Source of the DNA: Cyanophora paradoxa CCMP329
Taxonomy: Eukaryota > Plantae > Glaucophyta
Reading direction: 5' to 3'
Assembly (NCBI GenBank): GCA_004431415.1
Contig: QPMI01000361.1
Span: 1-42,348 of the forward strand
DNA length: 42,348 nt
The first letter of the stretch is position 1. The number at the start of each line of letters is the position of its first letter. Positions 12,001 to 23,625 of this stretch are shown one piece after another. Below the pieces are notes generated by a model. It was given only the letters and a program-made list of their open reading frames with translations, did no database searches and was not told where the DNA came from. The translations under genes were made by a program, and so were the position numbers.

Positions 12001-15000
12001 CGCAGAGGCGGCGGGCGCACGCTTGGCGAAGATGACGAAGGCCTGCCAGCGGGCCCAGGCGGCCCGCTGGACCTCGCCCTCCGACTCGCGCCCCGCCCGG
12101 ATCGCCCGGTGCTGCGCTCGCTCGGGTGAGCCCGGGCCTCTCTTCTTCTTCTTCTGGGGAGGGGCGGGGAGGTGGCGGGGACGGGCGCGCCTCCACCGCG
12201 ACGAACTTGCGCCAGGCGTAGAGGGACCGCACGAGCAGGCGGCGCCCGTGGCGGCCCTCGGCGGCCGAGCGCGCCTCGTGCAGCCGCTGCTTGCGCGCGT
12301 GGAAGCGCCGCCACGCCGCGAAGCCGCGCCGCAGCCGCGAGCGGTCGCACGCCGCCTCCGCGGCCTCCAGCATGCGCTGGCGGCGGCGGGGCGCGCCGGC
12401 CGCGTACAGGCGCCACGCCGCCCACGCCCGCAGCTTGGAGTGGTAGCCGGCGAAGTCGTCCGCGACGCGCCGGAGCGCCGCGTAGGCGTGCCAGGCGCGG
12501 AAGGCCTCGGCGGCGACCTCGGCCAGCCTGCGGCGCGCGGCCAGACGCCCGCGCACGCCGAGGCGCATGGCGCCGGCCCAGCGCCGGAAGCAGCGCGCGA
12601 GCAGGTGCTCGCGCCCCTCGGCGGCCGCCGCGCGTTTGATCCGCCGCCGCTCCCGCTGCAGCGCGGCGCCGTCCCGCAGGCGGCGGAGGAAGCGGCGCGC
12701 CGTCGTCTGCGCCCAGAACGACTCGGCGATCTCCTCCGCGCGCGTCCGCTCGTCCATGATCCTGCGCCCGCGCCGGCCCCGGCCCCGCTCGGCGGCCCGC
12801 GCTCGACGGGGCCAGGGCCCGGGTGCGGACGGGGGACCTCACCTGAGCTCCATGTGCAGGTGCTCGGCCTTGCGCCGCGCGTACTCTGATTCGTTCGCGA
12901 CGCGCGCCGCCTCCGCCTTCGCCTCCTGCGGGGACGTCAGCGGCTGCGGCGGCGGCGGCGGCGGCCGGCGCGGCGCTTTTTAAGGAGGGCGGAGCGCACG
13001 TTGAGGGCGTCGAGGAGGCGCTGGCGCTCGCGGGCGGACTCGTCGAGCTGCGCGGCCATCGCCTCGCGCTGCTCCTGGAGCGCCCGCGCCGCCGCCACCT
13101 CCGCCATCAGCGCGTCCAGCTCCGCCTCGAAGCTCTGCACGTTCTCCTCGTTCTGCCGGCCCCGCGTCGGCCGCGCCCCAGGCGGACGGATGGAGGGAGG
13201 GAGGGAGGGAAGGGACGAGGGCCCGCCGCCGGCCCCGCGCCGCCCCGCGCCGCCCCGCGCCGCACCTGGCGCTTGTACTCCTTGAGCTTCTCCTGGAGCT
13301 GGCCGTTCATCTCGAGGAGGCGGGCCGCGGCCTCCTCGCGGTCGGCCGCCTCGCCACGGAGCCGCTCGATCTGCTCCCGCAGCGCCTCCACCTCCTCCTC
13401 GACGCGCAGGCGGGCCTTCATGTACGCCGTACCCATCTTCACGCCGTCCACCCCGGAGCCCGCCACGCGGGGCGCCTTCGGCAGCACGCGGGCCGCCGCG
13501 CCGCCGCCGCCGCCGCCTCCGCCTCCGCCGCCTCCGCCTCCGCTGCTGGGGCCTGAGGGCCGCGAGAATGGAAGCCGATGGGGACGGCCACGCGTGGGGC
13601 TGCCCGGCGGGGCCGACGCGGCGGCGGTCGACTGCTTGCCGGGGGAGGGGTGGCCCACGGAGGGCGCCCGCGCTGGCGGCTCTGCGGGGCGCGAACTCAG
13701 AAAATCAGACCCCGCTTTCGCGGCGGGGCCGTCCGGGCGCACCGGGGTACTCGTCGTCCTCGGGGCCGCTGGGGCGTCGTGGCGGGCGGTGGGAACGGGC
13801 GCGGGGCCGGCGGGGCCCTCGTCCTCGCCCGCCCCCGCCGCCGAGGGGCCGGCGGCGCCCGACGGGCCAGCCATCGAGGTGTCCGCCGACGAGGTCCCAC
13901 GCGAGGCGGGCGGCGAGGGCCGCGGGATCCGGCTCGGGCCCGCCCCGCCCCGCTCCCGCCCCGCCCCCGCGGCCGGGGAGGGGCCCCGGCCAGGCGGCTG
14001 CGGCGCGCCGGGCGAGGCGTGCCGGCGGCCGCCGGGCCCGCCCGAGGAACCCGGCGGCGGCGGCGGCGGCGGCCTGGGCCCGAACCAGGCCGCCTCCTCG
14101 CCCGGCTGCTCCGAGAGCAGCAGCAGCTGCTTCTGCGGCGGCGCTCAGGAGCAGCAGGAGGCGGCGAGGGGAGCGCCTGCGGCCGGCGCGCCTGGAGCAC
14201 GGCGATCTTGCGCTGGTACTCGATCGCCTGCGCGTCGTAGTCCCCGCGGAAGTCTTCCAGAAGCTGCGGGCGGGGCGGGTTGGCCAGAGCCGGGGGGCGC
14301 GGGGCGCGGGGCGCGGCCTGCGCCCGGTGGGCGCTTGCCTGGCCGATGGTGGTGCGGAACTCCTGGATGACAGCCTCTCGTTCCATCCGCCGGTTCGCCT
14401 GCGTGCGGGCCTGCGGAGGACGGCCGCTCAGGCGGCGCGGGAGCGGCGCGGGCGCGGCGGGGCGCACGTCCGCCTCGCGCAGCTCGTGGATGCGGGCGCG
14501 GGGGTTGTAGAGGGCCAGCTTCTGCTGCACGCGGCCGGCCTCCTGTACCTGCGCGCGGCTCAGCGGGGCGCCGGGCAGGCGTCCCCCGATCCATCGGCCG
14601 CTCGCCTGCTCCTCGAGGGCGCTGAGGCGCTTGGAGACAGCGTTCTGCACGCCCAGCATGACCTCGGCGTACGCTTCGTCCCACGCCTCCGGAGAGTTCT
14701 TTGGCTTGACTTTCGAGACCTGCAGCGCCTGACGCGGGCGTGGGCGGGCGATCCTGTGCGCGCGCCGCGCGGCGCGGCGAGGCCGGCGGCGGCGCACCGG
14801 GTCGGCGTCGAGCTGCTTCGAGAGCGTGCGGTACTGCTGCAGGTTGTAAGCCCGCCGCGCCTCCGTGCGCATGAAGTTGTGGATCCGCTCCCGCTCGCTA
14901 TGTGAGGGCTCTGGGTCAAGGAGCGCGCAGCGCGGTAGGAAGAAATTCCGGGCCGGGAAAAGGAAGGCGCGGGGCAAAGGATATCATCGACGTATCGCTC

Positions 15001-16136
15001 GTAGTCGCAGACGTGCAGGAAGAGGTTCACGTTGAACGGCACGTACGCCGGCGGGTCCAGCCGGCTCAGGACGCCGAGCTTTCCGTTGACCGCCACCCGC
15101 AGCTCGCTGTGCATCTTCACGCGGGCGACGGCCTGCAACGCGCGCGGGCGGAGCGGTCCCGGGTCAGCTGCGGCGCGCTGGCAGGAGGGCGGCGCATGTC
15201 GCGAACCCATTCGATCTTGCGGCGCATGCACTCGTTGCTGACAAGCATCGAAAGCATAGTCTCTTCCTTCTTCACGATCACGTCGGCCTGCTTCCTTTCC
15301 GCGGGCGTGATCTCCTGCATTCGAGCGCCGCGTCAGCGCCAAGGTCCGAGGGCGCGAGCGGGCGCAGGCGCGGAGCTCGCCTTGCTGTCCAGAATGGAAA
15401 GCTGAGGCAAGATGCTTATGACGCGGGCCCTGTAGTACGGGATTTGGCACACGGGGTTGGCGTCCAGGTTCAGATTGTGCAGCCGGGTCGCAGCTTTGAG
15501 CGCGTTGAGCTGGGCAACATCGGAGATCTGCCGCGGATACGATTCAACCATCGGAAGCATCTCCAGCCAACGCCGACGGGCGCCACGCACGCAGTTGTTC
15601 GCCAGGGAGACGGTCCGAACGCTGCGGAACTGCTGGATGCCACGCAGGCTCACGAGGCTGTTGTTGCTCAGGTACAAGGTCTCCGCTGATTGGTACTTTT
15701 CCGGCAGCGTGTCGATCTGCCCGGCGTCAGCTCGGCTCAGTCCTCGCGGCGGCCAGCCACGGACCTCGGTGATGTACTTCTCGACGCAGCTGATCTTGTT
15801 GGGGTCGAAGGACCCTGGCTGCTGCCTGAACACCTGGCTGAGCTGTTCGAGGGCTCGGGGATCAGCCTGCGCGGAGGTGCTGGCGGCTCGCTCAAACCTT
15901 GAACGGCTCAGTCCTGCGCTTCACAGCTGCGGGGCGTGGGCCATCCGACTTCGACGAGGGAGAGCGCGGAGAGACGCTCCTACGCCCTGCGGTGCCAGGC
16001 GACGAGGAGCGCTCCTGCGGGTGGTGTTAGCTGCGAGGTGCCGAGCGGCTCGGGGCTCGGCTGTGCGATGTACCGACTTGCGCCTCTGCAAGGAGACGTA
16101 GGAGGCGGCCGCGCCGCCGTCCCTCGTCGCCTTCAT
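9094..16136 (-). CDS. Large multi-exon protein with N-terminal LRR plus LRRcap, coiled coils and Sfi1-like repeats (putative basal-body/centriole protein)
   Basis: LYLSNNSLVSL..IQQFRSVRTVSLANNC|I...LHNLNLDANPVCQIPYYRARVISILPQLSILD (15380-15720). Long E/R/Q/A-rich coiled-coil exons. Repeats such as HLLARCFRRW, AFRAWHAY, RGFAAWRRF, RSLYAWRKF (11730-12760). Last exon ends ...QPALQATAG* at 9094. Start codon tentative. Confidence 0.75.
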
Positions 16137-16294
16137 CGAACTCGCGCAGCCAGCTCAAAATTTCGAGGGGTACAGGTCGCTCAAACCGGCATCGTCGGGC
16201 AACTTCCTGCGGGACTCCAGCAGCTCTCCGTACATTCGGCAGAGCGCAGAAGAAGCACCTGGTGTCAACGACGAGCGCGTCGGGAGGCGAGGCG

Positions 16295-18688
16295 ATGGAG
16301 GCACCGAACGCTGCAGGTGCGCCGTTGCAAACGCTGCTGCAGCTGCGACAGTTGCCTAGAGTAACGGAATCGGCCGCAGCCGGCGGGAGCAGCGCGGTCG
16401 GGAAGAGCAGAGATTCTGGCGGTTTGAGTGTGGGCGGGTCAGAGGGAGCTGCCGCCGTCGGCCGCAAGCGAAAGGGCGGCAGGATCGCCCGGCCAGACAG
16501 GACTCCCGAGAGCACCGGTGGCGGATCGTCCAGCAATGAGTCCGGCAGCGGGCACTCCGCTTTAGAGGCGGACGCCGTCTCGCCAGCTGCCTGCAGGCCT
16601 GTGCTCTTCGGTGCGACCGCTCTGCGCCCCTCGAAGCGATGCCGTGTGCCCCTGACAGCGCCCGATGCGCCCCAGAGGACAATCTCATGACGCGAAGCGC
16701 TCGCACGGCGAGGCAAGCGGCCGTCGAACACGCCGCTGCACCCGTCCCGTATCCGCCGCGGGAAGCGAAGGGCTGGGACCGGAAGGTTCGGATCGGCGGC
16801 CCGGGCCCCATCCCTTCCAGCCTGCCATCCGGCGTGGCCACGGCGCTCCGGCGGGCAGAGATGGCTCTGGAGGCGGCAGGGGCGGTCCTGCTGTCGTCGG
16901 AGTCGGAAGCAGACGGCATGTGGACGCAGCGCACCGGGCGGGAGGGCAGCCCCGCGGGACAGCTGCCGCCGCTCCGCCCCGTCGACGCCAGCAGCCCCTC
17001 GGCCTCTGCCTCGGCCTCGGCCCCGACGGACTCGCTCGCGTCGCAGAGCCCGAACAGACCGTCCTCCATTCCGCGGCTTGGCCTCCCCGCCTCCCCGTCG
17101 CGGCCGTCCCCCGCGCACCCGCCCGCTGCGCGCGCGCCGTCCCGAACCTCGGCAGCCGCCGCGCCGGCGACCCCGCCGACGTCCTCGACCGACGACGAAG
17201 ACCCGCTGCCAGCGCCGGCGGCGGCGGGGGGGGCGCCCGCGACGCCGGAGAGCGCGCGGCAGCTGAAGGGCTCGCCCCTTCTCGAGACGCCCGACCTCCC
17301 GAAGCGCAAGTTCAACACCGTCGCGTCCCGGCCCTCGCGCGAGATCCCCCGCATTCCGCTCTCGTTCAACTCAACCCCGGCGGCCGCGGCGCCGGCCCCC
17401 GGCGCGGCCGGCACGGTGGCGGCGCCGCCGCAGCCCCCGCGGGACAAGGCGGGGCGGAGCAACAGCAAGAAGCTGCCCGAGGACGAGCCGGGGACGCTGG
17501 CGGCGATCGCAGACAAGGAGGCGGAGATCGTGACGATGCGGGGGCGCCTCGGGCGGTTCCAGACCGAGCTGGCGCACCGGGAGCAGAGCATGTCAGTGCC
17601 TTTCTTTCTTTCCTCCCTCTCTTCTTTCCTTCCTTCCTCCTTTCTTTTTGACGACGGTCCGCGCGCCCCGCAGGTACGAGCAGCGCGCCATGGAGCGCGA
17701 GCTCGGCATCGAGGACGACGACGAGGACGAGGCGAGCACGCGGTCCCTGCCGGCCGAGGCGGCCGCGGCCGCGGCCGGAGGAGGCTCGACGGCCTCGCCG
17801 GCGCCTGTCGGGCCCGTCCCGCGGAGGGGCGCCGCGAGGCGGGAGTTTTGGCGGAGGTCCGAGGAGGAGCTGCGCCGCTTCCGGTGCGCTCGCCGCGCCC
17901 GCCCGCCCCGCCCCGCCCCGCCCCGCTCCGGCTAAGTGCGAGCGGCGGGCAGGCGCGTCATCTCGGAGGAGCAGACGCAGATCGAGCAGCGGGAGAAGGA
18001 CCTCCTCCTGCTGCGGGCGCACCTGCGGCGCCTGCAGTCGGGCGGGCAGCCGCGCAGCCGGCGGCGCGCCCCGCCGGAGCTCGTCGCGCGCGCCGGCGAC
18101 ACGGCCGCCGGCGGCGGCGGCGGCGCCTCGTCGTCGGCCCTCTCGCCCGAGGAGCGGGAGCGTGCCGCCCTGGAGGAGGACGTCGTCCGCCGGGCGAAGG
18201 CGGCCATGCAGCCGGGCCGGACCGCCGACGCCGCCGGGGGCGGCCCCGGCTTCCCCGGAGGAGGAGGAATCGACCCCGCCGCCTTCCTCCCGACCATGCG
18301 GTCCGTCCGCCCCTGCCCCCTCCCCCGCCCCCTCCTCTCTTCGGTCCGCGGCTGACTGGGCAGAGGGGGGAACAGGAACATCGCGGAGTCCGAGGAGCGG
18401 GTGGGGACGCTGGCGTGGCTCGCGCGGCAGGCGCGGGAGCAGCAGGGGCGCCGCCCCAGCGACGACTGGCGCGGGGGCGGCCCCGGCGGCGCGCGCCGCC
18501 CCGGCGGCCTCCTCGCGTGGTTTTTCGGCTGCTTCCGCTGCTTCAACGCGGCGCCCAGCTACGCGAGCGGCTCCCCGGAGGGCATGGGCCTCCCGCCCCC
18601 GGCCTCCCCGACCCGCCTCGCCCTCGCCGGCTCGGGCGCCAGCTCGCCCGAGCCCCAGCCCCAGCCCCAGCCCCAGCCCCAGCCCTAG
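16295..18688 (+). CDS. Uncharacterised multi-exon protein with low-complexity N-terminus, coiled coil and C-terminal (PQ)n tail
   Basis: ATG 16295; intron 16610-16674 joins VLF to EDNLMTRS. Coiled segments IADKEAEIVTMRGRLGRFQTELAHREQ and EEQTQIEQREKDLLLLRAHLRRL. C-terminus LLAWFFGCFRCF...PEPQPQPQPQPQP*. Confidence 0.7.
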
Positions 18689-19559
18689 GGCTGCTCCCGC
18701 CCGCCCGCCCTTGTCCTCTCTCTTCTCCCGGCCCTGGCTCGATGCTTTCCTTTTCTTGTGTGTTCTTTCCCTTTTTTCCGGACTTTTCTGGGTGTGGTGC
18801 TTATCTCTATCCATCCTTGAGGGTCTTCTCTTTTAGCTGTGGCAGTTTATGAAGGCTCCGAATTCGATTCAACAGTTTTGTCTAGGTCTGGGCGGGCCCT
18901 GTATCTGAGCTGCCCCCGGGATCTTTCGATTGTGCTTTTTTCTCTGTGTCCGAGCTTGTGAAATCGATTTCCGCACGCGAGATTCGTGGCCACGGCTCAG
19001 CGAGGTCCAAGAGCTCGAGGAAGCGGCTGCCCTCTCCAGGTTGCCGGGCTTCGAATTCGAAGCGCCCCAACACGTTCTCCATGGCCCGAAAACCGGACGT
19101 CGACGCAAACCAAGAAGAATTCGACCGTTAACGACAGAATGGTGATGAAAAGCGACTAGGAATGCCATTTGAATGACTCAGTGGCTAGAGGCCTCATGAT
19201 CAGAGCTCGAGTCACGCCCAGCAAGCTCGCTCGATCGCGATCTCGAGCTCGCGGCCGGCAACGTTAACGTTCGAATTCGCGCAACGAATTCGAAGTCAAT
19301 TGAAACATTCGCTCGATCCTGGCAGCAAAGAATTCGAAGCCAATTAATTTGTTTGTATTGAATTACCCGGGACCGGCCACAGTCTCTAGACACCACTGTC
19401 ACACCAGCACTCATGATCAGTGACTGCGGCGGCTGCTCAGCTGCAGGGGGCACAGGGATAGCAGAAGCACAATAACTAGGACAAGAGCACGCATCGAAGA
19501 ACAACATGTACACGAAGAACTTGAAGAGCCAATTGCAAAACCGACAAATAAAGAATCTA

Positions 19560-22397
19560 TTAATATTGGCTCCTAGGCCAGAAGAACGGGTGGTGATACG
19601 TTCCAGATGGGGTCTCGACCACCGCCCTCGGGAAGGCGGCCAGGACGAGCTCCATCACGATTTCCACAGCCTTTTCCAGCCGCTCGCCGCCGAGCCTCCC
19701 GCCGGGCCGGAGCACGAAGAAGCAGCTGGGGCTGTCGAAGGCGCGGGCGGCCGCGAGGCGGCGCAGCGGCTCGAGCAGCTTCGATGCCCCCCGCTCAACA
19801 CTGCTGACCATGAACGGCACGATGAGGCCCGAGATCACTTTAAGGCTGGGGCAGGCGATGACGGCATCCACCGCCTCGGCGATGGGGACGGGCTCCCAGA
19901 GCGTGTCGGGGACACCGGGCTCGACCAGCTCCAGCCGTGCCAGGCGCCCGCAGGCGGCCAGCGCCCGAGCCGCGTCCCCCTTGAGGACCGCCGCCCCGAC
20001 GCCGAGCTCGACGAACGCCGGCGCCGCCGCGCGAAGCAGCTCCGCGAGCGCCGCGTCCACGCCCGCCTCGTCCTCCGTGACTGCACGGCCGCGGCGAGCG
20101 AGAGCGAGATTTAGAGTGAGGGGGAGCGGGTCGAGGCGGGTTGCAATGTAATTGCGATGCACTATATAGCTAGTGCTTGAATCTTAATCTCAGAAAGCAG
20201 CGGGTCGCGGCGGTTTGCAATGTAATTAATTTGGCGGCACGATCGCGAGTGCTTGAATTTTAATCTCAGAAAGCAGCTTGCACGCACAAATCTTGAGGTG
20301 AAGTTCGGCGAGAGAGTGCACGCAGAGCTCTGTGGCGGAGCGGGCGAGGCAGCGGAGGTGCGCCGGGCCGAGGCGCCCCGCGTAAAAGAGGTTGAGGTCG
20401 AGAATGCGGAGCCGGTGCAGCCCGGCGAGGGTCTCGTGGTCGCCCCGCGCGAGCCAGTCCGGCGGCTCGGGCCGCCAGCGCGAGTCAAGCCGGTCAGGGT
20501 ACCCCAGCTTGTCGACCAGACGCAGCTCCCGCAGCCGCGGGCAGGCGGCGAGGGCGGAGAACGCTTCTCCGCGCGCAATTCCTCCCGCGAGCACGACCAG
20601 GGAGGGCCCCGCGGCGCGAAGCAGCTCCGCGAGCGCAGAGTCGACTTCGGGCTTCGATTCGTCGTCCAGATTCATGAACGCTGCGAGGAATTCGAATTGA
20701 GTATTTCTAGAAATATTTCCAGAGAATGCGCAAAGCGAATCACGCACGGTTGCCGACGCCGAGGCGGCAGTTGAATTCGACCAGGTTGCGCCCGCAGAGG
20801 GCGGGGAGGGGGCGGGCGATGGCCCGGATGTGATTGACGTCTTTGCTTTGGAAGTGAATATTGAGGTCGAGCTTGCGGAGCCGCTGCATGCCCGCCAGAT
20901 ACTCGTCGAGGCGGGACAGCGGCTTTGCCGGGCCGAGGGCCTTCGCGGTGCCTTCCCCCTCCTCCTGGCTCTGCCCCTCGGAGTTTTCGTCGTCGTCGTC
21001 GTCGTCGAAGGCCTAGGTGAACATTAACGTCGCAGGTTCAGCATGAGCATATAAAGTACGTTATGCGATATATATGATACAAATTAAATCGAATAGGCGA
21101 ACATAGAAATCCATATCGACGTTGAGCTCCAGCGCCTCGAGAGAGGTGAGGTGGCGCAGAGAGGGCAGGTCCGCGATGTCGAACTCCGGATCAAATCCAC
21201 CGCAGCTGCGCACGTGCACGCCGCAGGAGAATTATAGGTCGGACGGCAGCTGCATGCAGCTGCTGTGCACGCAGCAGATTTGAAATGAATTGAAGGGGGC
21301 GCATATGCATGCGCACAAATTTATCGTCAGTTTCCGCAGGCGTGCGGCGGCGGGGCCCGCCGCGAAGACGTCGAAGCCGCTCGCGGGTCCGCGGTCGTCG
21401 CCCTCGTGCAGTTCCGTGGCCGACACGTCCAGCTCCTCAAGCGCCGAGTGCAAGGCGAGGCCGGCGAGCGTTGCACAGTCGCCGAACCGAAGGACGGCGC
21501 AGCGTAGCGCGGGCAGCGCGGCCGGAATGGCGGAGGCGACATTGTCCAGCAGGTAGGGCAGTTCCAGCCGCTCGAGGCGCGGGAAGCGGGACAGCAGCTG
21601 CACAAGTCCATCGTAAGCCTGCAGCTCGCACGCAAACGTGCTCCATTTTAGCTGGACGCTGACGCTCCTGAGCGAGTGGCGGCTGCCGCCCTCCGCCTCG
21701 GGGCTGCTTAGCGGGTCGAGAATGGCTGCGAGGAAGCGCCCGATCTCCTCATTCACCGGCAGGCGTGTTTCTAGGACGCACGCCTCGAATTTTCGCTTCA
21801 TTGTGAAGCTCATGTCGAGCGCAAGAGAGACGCTGCCGACGCTGCCGCCGCTCCCGCTGGACGCTGAGCAGGCGGAAAACAGGGCCGAGATGGCTTCGAG
21901 ACTTTTTTCGCACACTGGACGCTGGCCATCGTCATCGATCCAGGTGATCAATTCGATCGCGGCGCCGGCGGCCAGCGTGATGCGAGGCGCTTGCACACGT
22001 GCGCCCCTCGAGCTCCTCTGGCGCGGCTGATCATGAGCGAAGCGCGCTGCTGCCATGGCCAGCTGGAGCTTATCGACAGTGTCCGCCTTGAGCCGCAGCG
22101 CCGGCGCCCGGCCACGCCGCCACGCGATCGACCGCCGCGCGCATCGCCCTGCTCGCCGGCCGCAGGCTCCGCCACGCCTCGACGAGCCCGAGCCGCAGCA
22201 GCACCGCCTCCAGCGCGTCCGGGTGCAGCGCTTCGAGCGCCGAGAGCTCGGCCGCATGCGCAGGCGCACCGCCCGCGGCGTATCTGATCGTGTACATGTG
22301 GGCCACACACATGTACATCAGTGCCGAAATGGAGCGCGCATCGCCGCGCGCACGTCGGAGATTCTTTACGAAGCCGCTTGGATCGTCTCCTCTCCAT
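19560..22397 (-). CDS. F-box-like plus RNI-type LRR protein with one apparent frameshift (possible pseudogene or sequence error)
   Basis: LEALHPDALEAVLLRLGLVEAWRSLRPASRAMRAAVD (F-box-like). LRR units FPRLERLEL, HSALEELDV, LTSLEALEL, CPRLRELRL, LHRLRILDL. Frame changes near 22100-22115 with no plausible intron. Confidence 0.65.
20125..20277. repeat. Imperfect tandem duplication, ~75 bp unit x2, inside the F-box/LRR gene
   Basis: AGCGGGTCG..GCAATGTAATT..AGTGCTTGAAT(C/T)TTAATCTCAGAAAGC occurs twice, starting at 20125 and 20199. Confidence 0.85.
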
Positions 22398-22522
22398 GAT
22401 TCGCGGTCGCTGCTGCGGAATGCGCGAATTCGAATGAGTGCCGGAGTGCGCGGGCCCGCGCGCGCGCGGGCTGGTCGCGCATACGTGTACGCTCGAAGAA
22501 GCATGCACGGGGCTCGCACCGA

Positions 22523-22643
22523 GGCGGGAGTCGCAGGGTGCAATTGTTGTGCTGATTTTTGCGGCGCCGGGAGCTCGAGTCGCGATCGCAGGCGGGAGTC
22601 GCAGGGCCCGGGGTGCGCGCGATTGCTATGCTGATTTTTGCGG
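22523..22643. repeat. Short imperfect tandem duplication
   Basis: GGCGGGAGTCGCAGGG...TGCTGATTTTTGCGG at 22523-22564 and 22591-22643; the second copy has extra palindromic bases. Confidence 0.8.
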
Positions 22644-22790
22644 GGTTTCACGCTGCGTTTCAAACGTTTTCCTCAAGCTAGATCTAGAGCTATGGCTGCT
22701 TTGTTTCGCGCTGCATTTTCCTCAAGCCTCCCGGGGCTAGCGCTGGCCATGGACCCGGCTGGTCACGCGAATTAATTATAAGCGCGCGAA

Positions 22791-23031
22791 CACAGCTCGT
22801 TTTTTTTACCGGGCGACCCGACACGGCCGAATATCCGGTTTCGTTAAATTCCCCTCGGGTATTCGGAATTCCCCGGCGCAAGCTAGTGCATTCTACCCGG
22901 TAGCTTGCCGGCTACAACGTCCTGCAGCGCGACTAGCCGGCGTGCATCGGGTGAAAAGTTATCGCGATCGCCGGCTACCCTTGCCCATAGCCGGGCCGTG
23001 TTGGGTCGATTAGGAAAAAAAACGAGCTGTG
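22791..23031. mobile_element. 241 bp MITE with CACAG termini, ~38 bp imperfect TIRs and 3 bp GAA TSD (CACTA/CMC-like)
   Basis: Left end CACAGCTCGTTTTTTTT..CGACCCGACACGGCC; right end GGCCGTGTTGGGTCG..AAAAAAAACGAGCTGTG. GAA at 22788-22790 and 23032-23034. Confidence 0.8.
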
Positions 23032-23371
23032 GAAGAAGCTACGGGAGGCGCCGGGTTTCGCGCGGTTTCGCGATCGATATATCGCACTGCAATCATTGAA
23101 TCCCTAGGCCTTAAATAGATCCCCGCGCGAATTTCCCTCATGATCAGCTAAAGCTAGCTCGAGCTCGCGATTGATAGATCGATTAATGCATGTGCGCCGT
23201 ATACATGTAAGTACGCATGCGAATACGCGCCGCGGCGTGTCGCGGCGTCTCTATTCGATTCGAATTCATGCATGCGCATATTGTTCGAATTCGCTTTAAC
23301 TTTCCCGGGTCCAAGTTTGATTTGCACGTTATTTTCTTTAATTTCAGCTGAGCGCCTATAATTCACACACT

Positions 23372-23512
23372 ATATAGCTCTAGCTGTCTCGATGTTGAAG
23401 CTCGAATCCATATCTAGCCCTACTAGGCTATACCTACCGGGCCCGGTGACAGCCTATCTCAGAGCTGTCGCGATATCGATCCGCTAGCGCCCGCTCGCTT
23501 CATGATCAAGAG
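23372..23512. repeat. Degenerate third copy of amine-oxidase 3' flank (paralogous to ~37360-37473)
   Basis: TAGCTCTAGCTGTCTC.ATGTTGAAG...ATCTAGCCCTA...TCTCAGAGCT...GATATCGATCCGCTAGCGCCCGCTCGCTTCA, with palindromic insertions relative to the other copies. Confidence 0.85.
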
Positions 23513-23625
23513 AGATCTCCGGTCCGCGAATTTCCCATGATTCGTGTTCGAACTCGGAATTGTTTTCGTGATCACAGATTCCTGAGCGTGTGTATAGTTC
23601 AGAGCAATATAGCTAGCTCTAGCTG

